From Candidatus Poribacteria bacterium (GTDB lineage Bacteria > Poribacteria > WGA-4E > WGA-3G), in assembly GCA_003635195.1 (NCBI GenBank), contig PYIY01000075.1, positions 27,608 to 91,607 of the forward strand: 64,000 nt of DNA, read 5' to 3'. Shown in pieces: positions 16,352 through 25,378 of the stretch (the first letter of the stretch is position 1; the number at the start of each line of letters is the position of its first letter). The position numbers were made by a program, and so were the translations under genes. The notes under the pieces are model-generated. The model was not told the DNA's origin and searched no databases. It worked only from the letters and a program-made list of their open reading frames with translations.

Positions 16352-17047
16352 TTATGTCTTATATTTAACCATTTTGATGATAGTGCCGTTGGCTTCGTAA
16401 GTAACAGAGTCCATACAGGCTTCCATCAAGAATAAACCTCTCCCACTGCTTTTGAGCAAATTCTCTGGGTCAAGTGGGTCCGCAACTTCTTTGCGTGTGA
16501 ATCCCTCGCCTTCATCCTCAACGATAATTGTGAGTTTATCTTCATCGAGAAGGAACTGCATAATCGCCTTTTTGCTTGGATTCTCTTTATTTCCGTGTTT
16601 GATCGCGTTTGTACCTGCCTCAATGGCAGCAAGGTTAATCTGCTCTTGGATCTCCTCAGCGAAATCCGAATCTTTCAAGACCTCAGTAACGACGACATCA
16701 AGGAGGTAAACATGTCGCATTGAGCTTGGGAGAGAAAGCGTAATAACTTGTTCAATTTCGGGCGCTTTGTGCGTGGATGCCTCACCCTCGTCGATAGTGT
16801 TGATGGTGAGTCCATCTTCATTAAGAATTAATTGAAAAATTGTTGATTTGCCCGGATCCTCTCTATCGCCGTGTTCTTCGATCGCGTTTGTACCCGCTTC
16901 AATGGCAGCAAGGTTAATCCGCTCTTGGGTGCCTTCATCAAAGTCCGCCTCTTTTAGGATTTCAGTGACAACAGCCCTGAGTAGATAAACATGTCGCATT
17001 GAGCTTGGGAGAGAAAGCGTAATAACCTGTTCAGTTCTCTCGCCCAC
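16352..17047 (-). CDS. RsbW/SpoIIAB-like anti-sigma serine kinase (HATPase_c) with an internal 93-aa tandem duplication
   Basis: It has a GTG start. EQVITLSLPSSMRHVYLL..INLAAIEAGTNAI occurs twice, 279 nt apart. Only the second copy continues into DEGEGF and SGRGLFLM (G boxes). Confidence 0.8.
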   Translation of the reverse strand: MGERTEQVITLSLPSSMRHVYLLRAVVTEILKEADFDEGTQERINLAAIEAGTNAIEEHGDREDPGKSTIFQLILNEDGLTINTIDEGEASTHKAPEIEQVITLSLPSSMRHVYLLDVVVTEVLKDSDFAEEIQEQINLAAIEAGTNAIKHGNKENPSKKAIMQFLLDEDKLTIIVEDEGEGFTRKEVADPLDPENLLKSSGRGLFLMEACMDSVTYEANGTIIKMVKYKT

Positions 17048-17076
17048 GTTTGAAGCTCCTTCTCTATGATCAAGAA

Positions 17077-17164
17077 GTTACCAGTAACCAGTGGCCAGTT
17101 ACCAGAAAGAGACTTTGGAACTATCCAAAACCTCTGAAAACTGGAAACTGGAAACTGGAAACTG
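17077..17164. repeat. Family A element (A7)
   Basis: The left arm is gttaccagtaaccagtggccagttaccag. The core is aaagagactttggaactatccaaaacctct, and the right arm is gaaaactggaaactggaaactggaaactg. Confidence 0.8.
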
Positions 17165-17215
17165 TTCTTTCATTGTTTGTTTTGCGGGCAAGCGATGTTG
17201 CTTGCCCGTTGTGAT

Positions 17216-18460
17216 TTAAACGTCGCGTTTTATAACAATTAAAGCCCTATCGTCACGGGTTTGTGTGCTTCCACTAAAGCGTGCTAAATCGCTAACAACG
17301 GCTTTGCATAACGCTGATGCTGACAGTGCTGCGTTTTTGGAAAGGCAGGCAGCAAGCCTATCACTGCCGTAAAATATATCGGTCAGTATAGCATCTTCGT
17401 GTATGTCATCTTGTTCTGAACGCATGGACTCGCTGTGATTTCCATCGGAAACCGGAGCGTCACCAGCCTCCGTTTCAGTGATACCATCTGTATAGAACAC
17501 GAGAACATCGCCGGGTGCCAGGAGACAGGTGCCAGTCGTGAAAGTTGCTTCCTCAAATGCCCCTATCAACATACCACCTACTTTTAAAACCTCTATACTT
17601 CGAGCATTGTTCCAATGAAGTGGATAGCAGTGCCCTCCATTTGCGTATGTAAAGGTTGAAGTCTCGGTGTCTAATATGCCGTAAATCATCGTTGCGAACA
17701 GGTCTGCCTCAGTATCACGCGCCACTAAGTCATTAATCCGTTTCAGGCTTGCAGCGGGCGTGTCTTCCTCATGACAGAGTAAGCGGAGTGCTGTCCGAAT
17801 CATCACCATCAGTAGTGCTGCCGGGATACCATTGCCCTTTACATCACCGAGAACAATCCCAATCTGTGTTTCGCTGAGTGGGATGAAATCGTAGAAATCG
17901 CCAGAAACAGATGTAGAACTTTGCAGCAGTGTTGCGATGTCAAACCCGTCGAGACGCGGAGCCTGTTCAGGTAGCAATTTTTTTTGAATTGCAGCGGCGG
18001 CTTGTAGATGCCCTGCGAGTTGTTCGAGTCCTTCCTCGCTAAACCCTTCCCCCATCGCGCGTATAAGTGGATTGATATATTTAATCGGTCGAGTTCTGCC
18101 GAGGACGGCTTCAACGCGGGCAGTTACCTCGCGTAAGTCAAACGGTTTGGTGATGTAATCGTCCGCCCCAGTATCCAAGCCACGGACTTTATCCTCCGTC
18201 TGTCCGCGCGCTGTAACTAAAATGACAGGAACACTTTTTGTTTCCTCTATATCTTTGAGTTCTTCAATGACCTGGAAACCGTCTTTATGTGGCATCATTA
18301 CATCGAGAAGGATAAGATCGGGTGGGTCTGTGCATGCGCTTTGCACTGCGCTCTCGCCATCGCTTGCAGTGCGTACATTGTACCCCTCCGGTTCTAAGTT
18401 CATCTTTAACAGTTCAAGTATATCCAGATCGTCGTCAACCACTAAAATCGTTTCAGCCAT
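17216..18460 (-). CDS. Response-regulator receiver fused to a PP2C/SpoIIE phosphatase (RsbU-like)
   Basis: The REC domain shows ILVVDDDLDILE and LILLDVMMPHKDG. The PP2C domain shows SGDFYDFIP and FYTDGITE. ATG 18460 overlaps the kinase stop as ATGGCTGA. The ORF-track start at 18553 lies inside the kinase gene. Confidence 0.85.
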   Translation of the reverse strand: MAETILVVDDDLDILELLKMNLEPEGYNVRTASDGESAVQSACTDPPDLILLDVMMPHKDGFQVIEELKDIEETKSVPVILVTARGQTEDKVRGLDTGADDYITKPFDLREVTARVEAVLGRTRPIKYINPLIRAMGEGFSEEGLEQLAGHLQAAAAIQKKLLPEQAPRLDGFDIATLLQSSTSVSGDFYDFIPLSETQIGIVLGDVKGNGIPAALLMVMIRTALRLLCHEEDTPAASLKRINDLVARDTEADLFATMIYGILDTETSTFTYANGGHCYPLHWNNARSIEVLKVGGMLIGAFEEATFTTGTCLLAPGDVLVFYTDGITETEAGDAPVSDGNHSESMRSEQDDIHEDAILTDIFYGSDRLAACLSKNAALSASALCKAVVSDLARFSGSTQTRDDRALIVIKRDV

Positions 18461-20867
18461 TTGTCCCCTTTTCCAACGGAATAAAAAACTGGAAGTTGGA
18501 TCCGTGTCCATTATCCCCGGCATCAACCCATAATTTTCCACCGTGCGCTTCAACGATTCCAGAAGCGATTGAAAGTCCTAAACCGGTCCCACCCTGTTGC
18601 CGTGTCTGTACACTTCCGAGTTGTCTGAATTTATCGAAGACTTTTTCTCGCTCCTCAGCGGCGATACCGGGGCCTGTGTCGATAACTTCGATGTGGAAGC
18701 CGTCGCTTTCGCTCCCGTTCTGTGAAGATTTTGATATTCTGACCGTCACCTTTCCGTTATCAGGTGTGAATTTAATGGCGTTTCCGATGAGATTAATAAA
18801 AATCTGTCCAATCCGGTCTGTATCGCCAATCATCACGGGTAGGTTCGCCGGTGCCTCCAAGAGCAGAGATATTGTCTTTTCATCTGCTTGTGGACGCAGT
18901 TCTTCGATTCTCCGTTTTGCTATCCAGTCTATCTGTATCTGTTCCTGCTTCATCTCAATCCGTCCGGCTTCAATTCGAGAGATGTCAAGCAGATCGTTGA
19001 TAAGTAGAGCGAGTCGTTTTGATTGGCGGAGGGCGCGACTTAAACTTTCATATTGTTTTTGATTAATTTCGCCGGTCTTTCCATCAAGTATGAGCGAAAT
19101 GAAACCGATGATGGATGTCAGTGGTGTCCGCAATTCATGGGATACGAGAGAGACGAATTCCGATTTCATCTGCTCTATTTCGTGTTCATTGGTAATATCA
19201 TCAAAAACATAAACTGTGCCCGCGATGTTGTTGCTCTCATCAGGAAATTGGCTTGCGATAATGCGTAGCACCCGAGTGCCGTCCCCGTTTGGCTGTTGCT
19301 CATTGACATCCACTTCTGCAATCATCGTTTGATGCTGTGTCACCTCACGCTGCGAAGAAGACAGGATTTTCATGCCAACGGTTCTTGTTCTCGTGTCTGA
19401 GGTCTGGGCTTCCTCGCTTGGTTCTAATACCTTTGTCCAGCGGATTGTCTCGGTTTCAGTATCAAGTGTGATAAAGTTTTCATAATCACCGGTTTCTCCA
19501 AGATTAAGGAGTTGTTCAGCTACAGGATTAACGTAGAGCACACGCCCTGAAGGTTCAACAACAATCAGTCCTTCACCGAGGTTATCAACGATGGCAGTAA
19601 GTTTTCTCTCCTCTTGCGTTAGTTTGTCAACTGCGGTTTTCAGATTCCGGCGCATTTCATTGAATTCTTCAGCGAGGACCCCGACTTCATCATCGCTATC
19701 AACGACGATTTCGCTGTCAAATTCGCCCTGTCCAATGCTACGCGCCCCTTCTGCTACTTTCAATATCGGTGTTGCTATCCGTTGTGCTGCCCACCATGCA
19801 ATAAGTACAACGATGCAACTTGACACAATGGTAACATAAAAAATATAGTTGTTTAATTTTTCAACCCCTGCATAAGCAAAGGAAGTCGGTCGAGAAATAA
19901 AAACGATCCAGTTGCTGAAGTTTTGTCGCTCTTTCCACTTTGCAGGTGAGGGTCGGGTTCGCGCCCAACCATAAACCCGCGGTTCGTTGAAACTATCTGT
20001 TTCCCCTTCGGCTTCATAATAGTAGTATTTTCCGTGTTTGCCTTTTTTTGCCTCAATAATCGCTTCTTCTGCTGCGTTGTTCATCTCTATGTCGGTATCT
20101 ACTCGATACCCGCTGTCTGGTGAAGCGGCAATGATTTTACCAGATTCGTTTGTTAAAAGCGTCTGCGTTTCTTCCAACTCGAGGCTGGATTCGACTATAT
20201 TTTTCAGTTCAGGAAGTAAAATCACAATTCTCAGTACCCCGACTGTATTTTTTTCACCTGGCGCAGCGGGGACTTTAGAAGCCGTACGTATAGGGAGTGC
20301 GATTGGGAGCAGATGTACTCTCCGTGATGCGTCATAGCGGATGTCTTCAGCGAACGGGTAACCGACACCGTGATTATAGGCTTTCTGCCACCAGACTGTG
20401 TTGTTCACTCGACGCGGTGCCCCTCTTTTTGTATAGTATTCGAGTTCCTGATTGTTTGATCGGAGCACTTGTCCGGATGCATTGGTAATAGTTACCTCAG
20501 TTTTGTCTCCCGCGTATGTCTCAAGTAGACGGATGCTATCCACGAGTTGTGTCCAAACATCGAAAAATACGGCTACCTCTCCGTTAGCAGTGTTAGAATA
20601 CACGACTGCTGCTCGGATGTTTGGGAGTTCAGCTTCAATCTTTGCGATTTTCTCGGAGATGGCATTGTCCGCACGTGCGAGTTTCTCTTGTGCAAGGAGC
20701 ACATGGTTTTCACCAACGGTGTCTTTTAACGCATTTTCACCTAACACCTTGATCGCCAATGAAATAGCGAACAACGGCATGAGTGCTACCAACAAAAAAA
20801 GCACGACCTGTTGACCACGTAGTCCAACCTTAAACCGAAAACGTTTTGTACGATTTTTGTCTTTCAT
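18453..20867 (-). CDS. Sensor histidine kinase (2 TM, large periplasmic sensor, HAMP, PAS, HisKA, HATPase_c)
   Basis: The H box is SHELRTPLTSIIGF, the HAMP region has DEVGVLAEEFNEMRRNL, and the G box is GTGLGLSIASGIVEAHGG. There are two hydrophobic helices. Confidence 0.9.
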   Translation of the reverse strand: MKDKNRTKRFRFKVGLRGQQVVLFLLVALMPLFAISLAIKVLGENALKDTVGENHVLLAQEKLARADNAISEKIAKIEAELPNIRAAVVYSNTANGEVAVFFDVWTQLVDSIRLLETYAGDKTEVTITNASGQVLRSNNQELEYYTKRGAPRRVNNTVWWQKAYNHGVGYPFAEDIRYDASRRVHLLPIALPIRTASKVPAAPGEKNTVGVLRIVILLPELKNIVESSLELEETQTLLTNESGKIIAASPDSGYRVDTDIEMNNAAEEAIIEAKKGKHGKYYYYEAEGETDSFNEPRVYGWARTRPSPAKWKERQNFSNWIVFISRPTSFAYAGVEKLNNYIFYVTIVSSCIVVLIAWWAAQRIATPILKVAEGARSIGQGEFDSEIVVDSDDEVGVLAEEFNEMRRNLKTAVDKLTQEERKLTAIVDNLGEGLIVVEPSGRVLYVNPVAEQLLNLGETGDYENFITLDTETETIRWTKVLEPSEEAQTSDTRTRTVGMKILSSSQREVTQHQTMIAEVDVNEQQPNGDGTRVLRIIASQFPDESNNIAGTVYVFDDITNEHEIEQMKSEFVSLVSHELRTPLTSIIGFISLILDGKTGEINQKQYESLSRALRQSKRLALLINDLLDISRIEAGRIEMKQEQIQIDWIAKRRIEELRPQADEKTISLLLEAPANLPVMIGDTDRIGQIFINLIGNAIKFTPDNGKVTVRISKSSQNGSESDGFHIEVIDTGPGIAAEEREKVFDKFRQLGSVQTRQQGGTGLGLSIASGIVEAHGGKLWVDAGDNGHGSNFQFFIPLEKGTNG

Positions 20868-20907
20868 GTTTCCAAGAATAGTGCCGGACAGCGCGCTTTC
20901 TGGGCGA

Positions 20908-21024
20908 ATAGTCGTCAGCCATCAGCTGTCAGCAAAGACGCAAGCTTTACAGAACACCTCTTTTCTTTACTGATAGCCGAAAGGTTTTTCGCAGAAAAAC
21001 CGCCCTGACAACCGACTGCTATTT
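20908..21024. repeat. Family A element (A8, AAAGACGCAAGC subtype)
   Basis: Pattern atagtcgtcagccatcagctgtcagc aaagacgcaagctttacagaac..ccgaaaggtttttcgcagaaaaaccgccctgacaaccgactgctattt. It is collinear with 9503-9632. Confidence 0.8.
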
Positions 21025-21035
21025 CCGTTTTTCCC

Positions 21036-21383
21036 TTACATGAAAGCGTCGCGCGCGGACTCCTCCGTATCATATATCTCAATAACGGTTGCGAGGTGTG
21101 TTACCTCCAAAACTTCTTGGACTGCTTTCTGAGGGTTGAGCAAAACGAGTTTGCCTCCCGATTCCTGACAGGACTTCAAGGTCGTCACTATTGCGCCCAA
21201 CGCACTACTATCGATTAGCGGGACGTTCGTTAAGTCAACGACTAATTTATCGTGTCCTGTTTGAAGCTGCAGCTCCATTTCCTTACGAAATGCATCTGAG
21301 GCATTTCCAAGAATCTTGCCCTCGATATGAAGCGTGGAGATGTTTTCCTCTCCGATTGTTGTATCAAGATTCATAGGACTCAC
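21036..21383 (-). CDS. STAS-domain anti-sigma-factor antagonist (second copy)
   Basis: 115 aa with the motifs LHIEGKILGNAS and IDSSALGAIVTTL. Confidence 0.85.
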   Translation of the reverse strand: MSPMNLDTTIGEENISTLHIEGKILGNASDAFRKEMELQLQTGHDKLVVDLTNVPLIDSSALGAIVTTLKSCQESGGKLVLLNPQKAVQEVLEVTHLATVIEIYDTEESARDAFM

Positions 21384-21621
21384 CCTTAGTATTCCCCTTT
21401 AGGATGTCGTGTTTTTTTTGCATCTTGTCCGAGTGTATCGTAGTTCAGCCACACCTCAAATAACATAGAGACGGGGGACGGGACCTCGCCTTGCATAAAT
21501 ACCTTTATGAAGTAGAAAACGCCATTATTTTAAGAAAGTCCGGTGTGGTTATAAACCTCCTGTACCGGGATCGTATTTATGAGATATGCTCTAAGCAGAC
21601 GAAATAATATCTTTTCCGTGC

Positions 21622-22314
21622 TCATGTATCAACGCGGTGCACCACAACATAACTTCGATTGAATTTTGGGTTTGTGAAAACGGTTTCAATGTTTCCACCC
21701 AGCGCCCTGAGGTGCGTCGCGCTGTCGTCAATTTCGGTATCTATTATTTCCGGTCCAAGTTTGTAAGCCACCCATCTTCCGGTCGGTTTCAGGAACGGCA
21801 GACAGTACACAGCAGAGTCTCGAATAGTTGCGACGTAACGGGTGAAAACCCAATCATAAGCACCAACACGATCGGGGTCTCGCGCACAAACCTCCGCACG
21901 TTCGGTAAGTACTTCAACGTCTACCTTTTGATAGACGTTCACCTTTTGGTGAAGGTTTAGTTGCGGGATTAGAAATTTTAGGAAACTCCCTTTCTTTTTT
22001 GATGCTTCAACGAGCGTTAATCGAATGTCAGGCACGTAAATTTTTAATACAATTCCTGGGAATCCGGCACCTGTCCCGATGTCAATCACGGTGTCCCCTT
22101 TTTTAAGTGTTATATGTTCCAAAACACTTAACGCATCAAGAAAATGCTTATGAACAATTTCATTGTTATCTGTGATTGCGGTCAGGTTCATACGCGCATT
22201 CCACCGAAGCAGTTCAGCACGATACTTGTCAAACTGTTCGGCTTGATACGTGCTTAATGGAAATCCATGTCGCTTGAACGTCTCTTTTAAGACGTGCGTA
22301 TCCTGTGCCAACAT
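21622..22314 (-). CDS. rsmG: 16S rRNA (guanine527-N7)-methyltransferase
   Basis: It has the SAM motif DIGTGAGFPGIVLK, an RsmG-like N-terminus, and lies downstream of mnmG. Confidence 0.9.
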   Translation of the reverse strand: MLAQDTHVLKETFKRHGFPLSTYQAEQFDKYRAELLRWNARMNLTAITDNNEIVHKHFLDALSVLEHITLKKGDTVIDIGTGAGFPGIVLKIYVPDIRLTLVEASKKKGSFLKFLIPQLNLHQKVNVYQKVDVEVLTERAEVCARDPDRVGAYDWVFTRYVATIRDSAVYCLPFLKPTGRWVAYKLGPEIIDTEIDDSATHLRALGGNIETVFTNPKFNRSYVVVHRVDT

Positions 22315-22414
22315 TAGTTGTCAGTTATCAGTTGTCAGTTTGCCTTGCAGTGAGAGTTAAGAGACCTCTTGTGGCAGGTAAATATGTTGTTACTGCCACA
22401 GCAGACTTCTTAAC
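22315..22414. repeat. Family A element (A9)
   Basis: Pattern tagttgtcagttatcagttgtcagtt tgccttgcagtgagag ttaagagacctctt gtggcag..ctgccac ..cttcttaac. It starts 1 nt after the rsmG start codon. Confidence 0.85.
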
Positions 22415-22423
22415 TTATATGAG

Positions 22424-24304
22424 TTACTTCCGCGCCCTCTGTTGATGAAGGATAACCGTCAAGATTGAAATATCAGCTGGCGAAACGCCGGGCAGTCGTG
22501 ACGCTTGCCCGATAGAGGCGGGACGAATCTTTGCGAGTTTCTCTCGCGCTTCCGTTTTCAGCCCCTGAACGTTTGCATAGTCCAATGTATCCGGGATTCG
22601 GAAATTTTCCAATCTCTTAAATTGGTGAATCTGTCGCTGCTGCCGTTGGATGTACCCATCGTATTTAATCTGAATTTCCACCTGTTCCTGCACAGCGGGT
22701 GGCAGCGTTTCACTGGGTGATGCGATTTGTGTTATATGTTCATAACGAAGTTCTGGACGTTTCAAAAGGTCTGCCAATGATGTCGGTTGCTTTAGTTCGC
22801 CTGTCTTGAGAATATTTTCTAAATTCTTGACAGTCGCTGTGGTTGGCTTAAGAAGCGTCTCCTGTAAGCGTTCCAATTCTGCCTGTATGTCTGCTGCCTT
22901 CTTTTGGAACTGGTGATATCTGTTGTCATCAATCAGCCCGATTTGCCTACCGATTTCAGTAAGCCGCAAATCGGCGTTGTCTTCTCGCAACGCTAATCTA
23001 TATTCAGCGCGCGAAGTGAACATCCGGTAAGGTTCACGGATGTCGAGCGTAACCAGATCATCAATAAGCACGGCTATATACGCCTGTGCTCTATCCAGAA
23101 GAAGCGGTTGTTCGCCGTTAACCTTTAGCGCAGCATTAATTCCGGCGATAAGTCCTTGTGCGGCGGCTTCCTCGTAACCCGTGGTGCCGTTGAGTTGTCC
23201 AGCGAAGTAGAGTCCTGGCACGTTTTTGGTCTCAAGTGTTGGTTGGAGTTGTGTTGCTGGCGCGAAATCGTATTCCACGGCGTATCCGAAGCGCATAATC
23301 TCAGCGTTCTCTAACCCTTTGATGCTATGCACCATTTCTACCTGTACATCTTCAGGAAGGCTCGCGGAGATACCGTTGAGATAAATCTCATCCGTGTCCC
23401 GTCCCTCCGGTTCTACGAAGACTTGGTGCTCGGTTTTTTCAGAAAAGCGAACAACCTTATCCTCAATTGATGGACAATAGCGGGGACCAATCCCTACGAT
23501 GCGACCGCTGTACATTGCCGAACGGTGAAGATTCTCGCGAATGACATCGTGTGTTTTTTCGTTTGTATAAGTAAGGTAACATGGGAGTTGTGGCTGCGTG
23601 ATCCGTTCGGTTGAAAATGAGAAGGGAAGAGGGTTTTCGTCACCGGGTTGGATCTCCATTACGCTGAAATCAACCGTCTGGGCATTGACCCGTGGCGGTG
23701 TGCCTGTTTTGAGTCGCCCAATTTCAAAGCCGAGGCTCAAAAAACTTTCTGAGAGTTTTTCTGCCGAAGATTCACCTGCCCTGCCTGCGCTATATGAAAC
23801 ATCACCGATATGAATGATGCCTTTTAAGAAAGTACCTGTCGTCAGAATTACAGTCTCTCCGAAGTAAGCAGTTTGTGTCTGACTCAGGATCCCGATGCAC
23901 CGCCCATTTTCAACGAGGAGTTCTTCGACCAATACCTGTTTGATGTCAAGCCTTTGTTGTGCTTCCAGGACGCGTTTCATTTCATCTTGATACGCCTTTT
24001 TATCGGCTTGCGCGCGACTTGAGCGAACCGCGGGTCCCTTTTTGGTATTCAAGCGTCGAAATTGAATCCCTGTCTTGTCGATGTTTTTTGCCATCTCCCC
24101 GCCGAGGGCATCTATCTCTTTAACGAGGTGTCCCTTGGCGAGTCCACCGATAGCCGGGTTGCAAGACATCTTGGCAATTGTATCGAGGTTGATTGTGACG
24201 ATCAGCGTTTCGCAACCCATTCGCGCGGCGGCGAGCGCGGCTTCGCACCCTGCGTGCCCCGCTCCGACAACGATAACGTCATAATGTTTGTGATAGGTAT
24301 TCAT
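22424..24304 (-). CDS. mnmG: tRNA uridine-5-carboxymethylaminomethyl modification enzyme
   Basis: It has the FAD motif YDVIVVGAGHAGCEAA and is collinear with GidA throughout its 626 aa. Confidence 0.95.
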   Translation of the reverse strand: MNTYHKHYDVIVVGAGHAGCEAALAAARMGCETLIVTINLDTIAKMSCNPAIGGLAKGHLVKEIDALGGEMAKNIDKTGIQFRRLNTKKGPAVRSSRAQADKKAYQDEMKRVLEAQQRLDIKQVLVEELLVENGRCIGILSQTQTAYFGETVILTTGTFLKGIIHIGDVSYSAGRAGESSAEKLSESFLSLGFEIGRLKTGTPPRVNAQTVDFSVMEIQPGDENPLPFSFSTERITQPQLPCYLTYTNEKTHDVIRENLHRSAMYSGRIVGIGPRYCPSIEDKVVRFSEKTEHQVFVEPEGRDTDEIYLNGISASLPEDVQVEMVHSIKGLENAEIMRFGYAVEYDFAPATQLQPTLETKNVPGLYFAGQLNGTTGYEEAAAQGLIAGINAALKVNGEQPLLLDRAQAYIAVLIDDLVTLDIREPYRMFTSRAEYRLALREDNADLRLTEIGRQIGLIDDNRYHQFQKKAADIQAELERLQETLLKPTTATVKNLENILKTGELKQPTSLADLLKRPELRYEHITQIASPSETLPPAVQEQVEIQIKYDGYIQRQQRQIHQFKRLENFRIPDTLDYANVQGLKTEAREKLAKIRPASIGQASRLPGVSPADISILTVILHQQRARK

Positions 24305-24371
24305 TTTAGTAGTTGTTGGTTGTTAGTCGCTAACGGGCGGGGAAACCCCGCCCCTACGGGGTTCGTGCCCG
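24305..24371. repeat. Family A-like arm fused to a GC-rich palindrome
   Basis: The arm tttagtagttgttggttgttagtcgctaac is followed by gggcgggg-aaa-ccccgccc ctacgggg, which is related to the palindrome at 3843. Confidence 0.5.
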
Positions 24372-24412
24372 ATAGAAAATCGGAATTTATTATTTAATGT
24401 TGCTGAACTATC

Positions 24413-25378
24413 TTACAATCCATCGTAAATAATGCTAATAACGAGTGTCGCGACGACTTCCAAACTTTTGGGACTACATTTATCAACAGTATCTTCAATT
24501 GTATGCCAATAAGGGTAAGTGAAGTCAATGATATCAACCATCGGAATACCGACTTTGATTAACGGCACGTGATCATCCATAATAGCATCCCCCAAGCGTT
24601 GTTGAAAGGGTCCCAAACCGAGGGTTGCTGCGCGATGCCATATAGCCTCAGTAAACTCACGATTGGCAGTCCAAGAGTAGCGTTCCATGGGGAGCATTAA
24701 ATCTTTGTCGCCTACCATATCTAACAGGATGCCATAGTCTGGCTTCCATTTTCCGAGGTTTTTAGCAAAAAACCGGGAACCGATAAACATATCGTTGGTA
24801 GACCTACCGTAATCCTCACCATCGAAAAGGACAATAACAACACGTCGCGGTGGTGGGTGCGCCTTCAAGACCCTGGCAATTTCGAGGAGGATGGCAACTC
24901 CTGAAGCCCCATCATTGGCACCGAGGATCGGTTTATCCCGATTTTCGGGTTTTGGATCGTGATCGGCGAAAGGTCGCGTATCCCAATGTGCCGCAAGTAG
25001 CAGTGTTTCCCCCGTGGGGGGGCCGAATTCTGCCAAGATATTGTTCAGATGCAACGTGGCAGTTTTTGCCTTGTACACGTGCGGCTGAAGTGCTGCACTG
25101 TTTGCGTATTTCTGAAGTTCTGTAAACAAATATTCCTGCGTTTTCCGATGCGCTGCTGAACCTGGGGGCCGTGGACCGAATTCGCACTGCTTTTCCAATA
25201 TTGCAAACGCACGTTGGGCATCAAAGGTTGCATTCGCTTGACGCGCAGTGCTCACACTGGACTCAGTGGTTTCTTTTACTTCCGTTTTTTGGCTATCTGA
25301 ATCTGGTGCCGCGCAAGCAACACTCAACAGACTACAATACAGATAAACAAAAAATAGTAGGGACCATCGTTTACTCAT
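24413..25378 (-). CDS. M28-family metallopeptidase / glutaminyl-cyclase-like protein, secreted
   Basis: It has a signal peptide and the motifs AAHWDTRPFADHD and GANDGASGVAILLEIARVL. Confidence 0.75.
   Translation of the reverse strand: MSKRWSLLFFVYLYCSLLSVACAAPDSDSQKTEVKETTESSVSTARQANATFDAQRAFAILEKQCEFGPRPPGSAAHRKTQEYLFTELQKYANSAALQPHVYKAKTATLHLNNILAEFGPPTGETLLLAAHWDTRPFADHDPKPENRDKPILGANDGASGVAILLEIARVLKAHPPPRRVVIVLFDGEDYGRSTNDMFIGSRFFAKNLGKWKPDYGILLDMVGDKDLMLPMERYSWTANREFTEAIWHRAATLGLGPFQQRLGDAIMDDHVPLIKVGIPMVDIIDFTYPYWHTIEDTVDKCSPKSLEVVATLVISIIYDGL

Noticed and set aside
17184-17207. Hairpin GGGCAAGC-gatgtt-GCTTGCCC just downstream of the REC-PP2C gene, considered as an intrinsic terminator
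   Set aside because: On the transcribed (minus) strand the stem is followed by an A-rich tract (CAAAACAAAC), not a U-rich one. It may still be a structural element but does not fit a canonical terminator.
18322-19062. Long antisense ORFs inside large genes (for example 18322-19062 +, 26152-26682 +, 3707-4216 -, 7026-7412 -, 62578-63075 +, 52639-53049 -)
   Set aside because: They are shadow frames of well-supported genes on the opposite strand. Their composition is low-complexity or Ser/Arg/Cys-rich, and they have no motifs or RBS.
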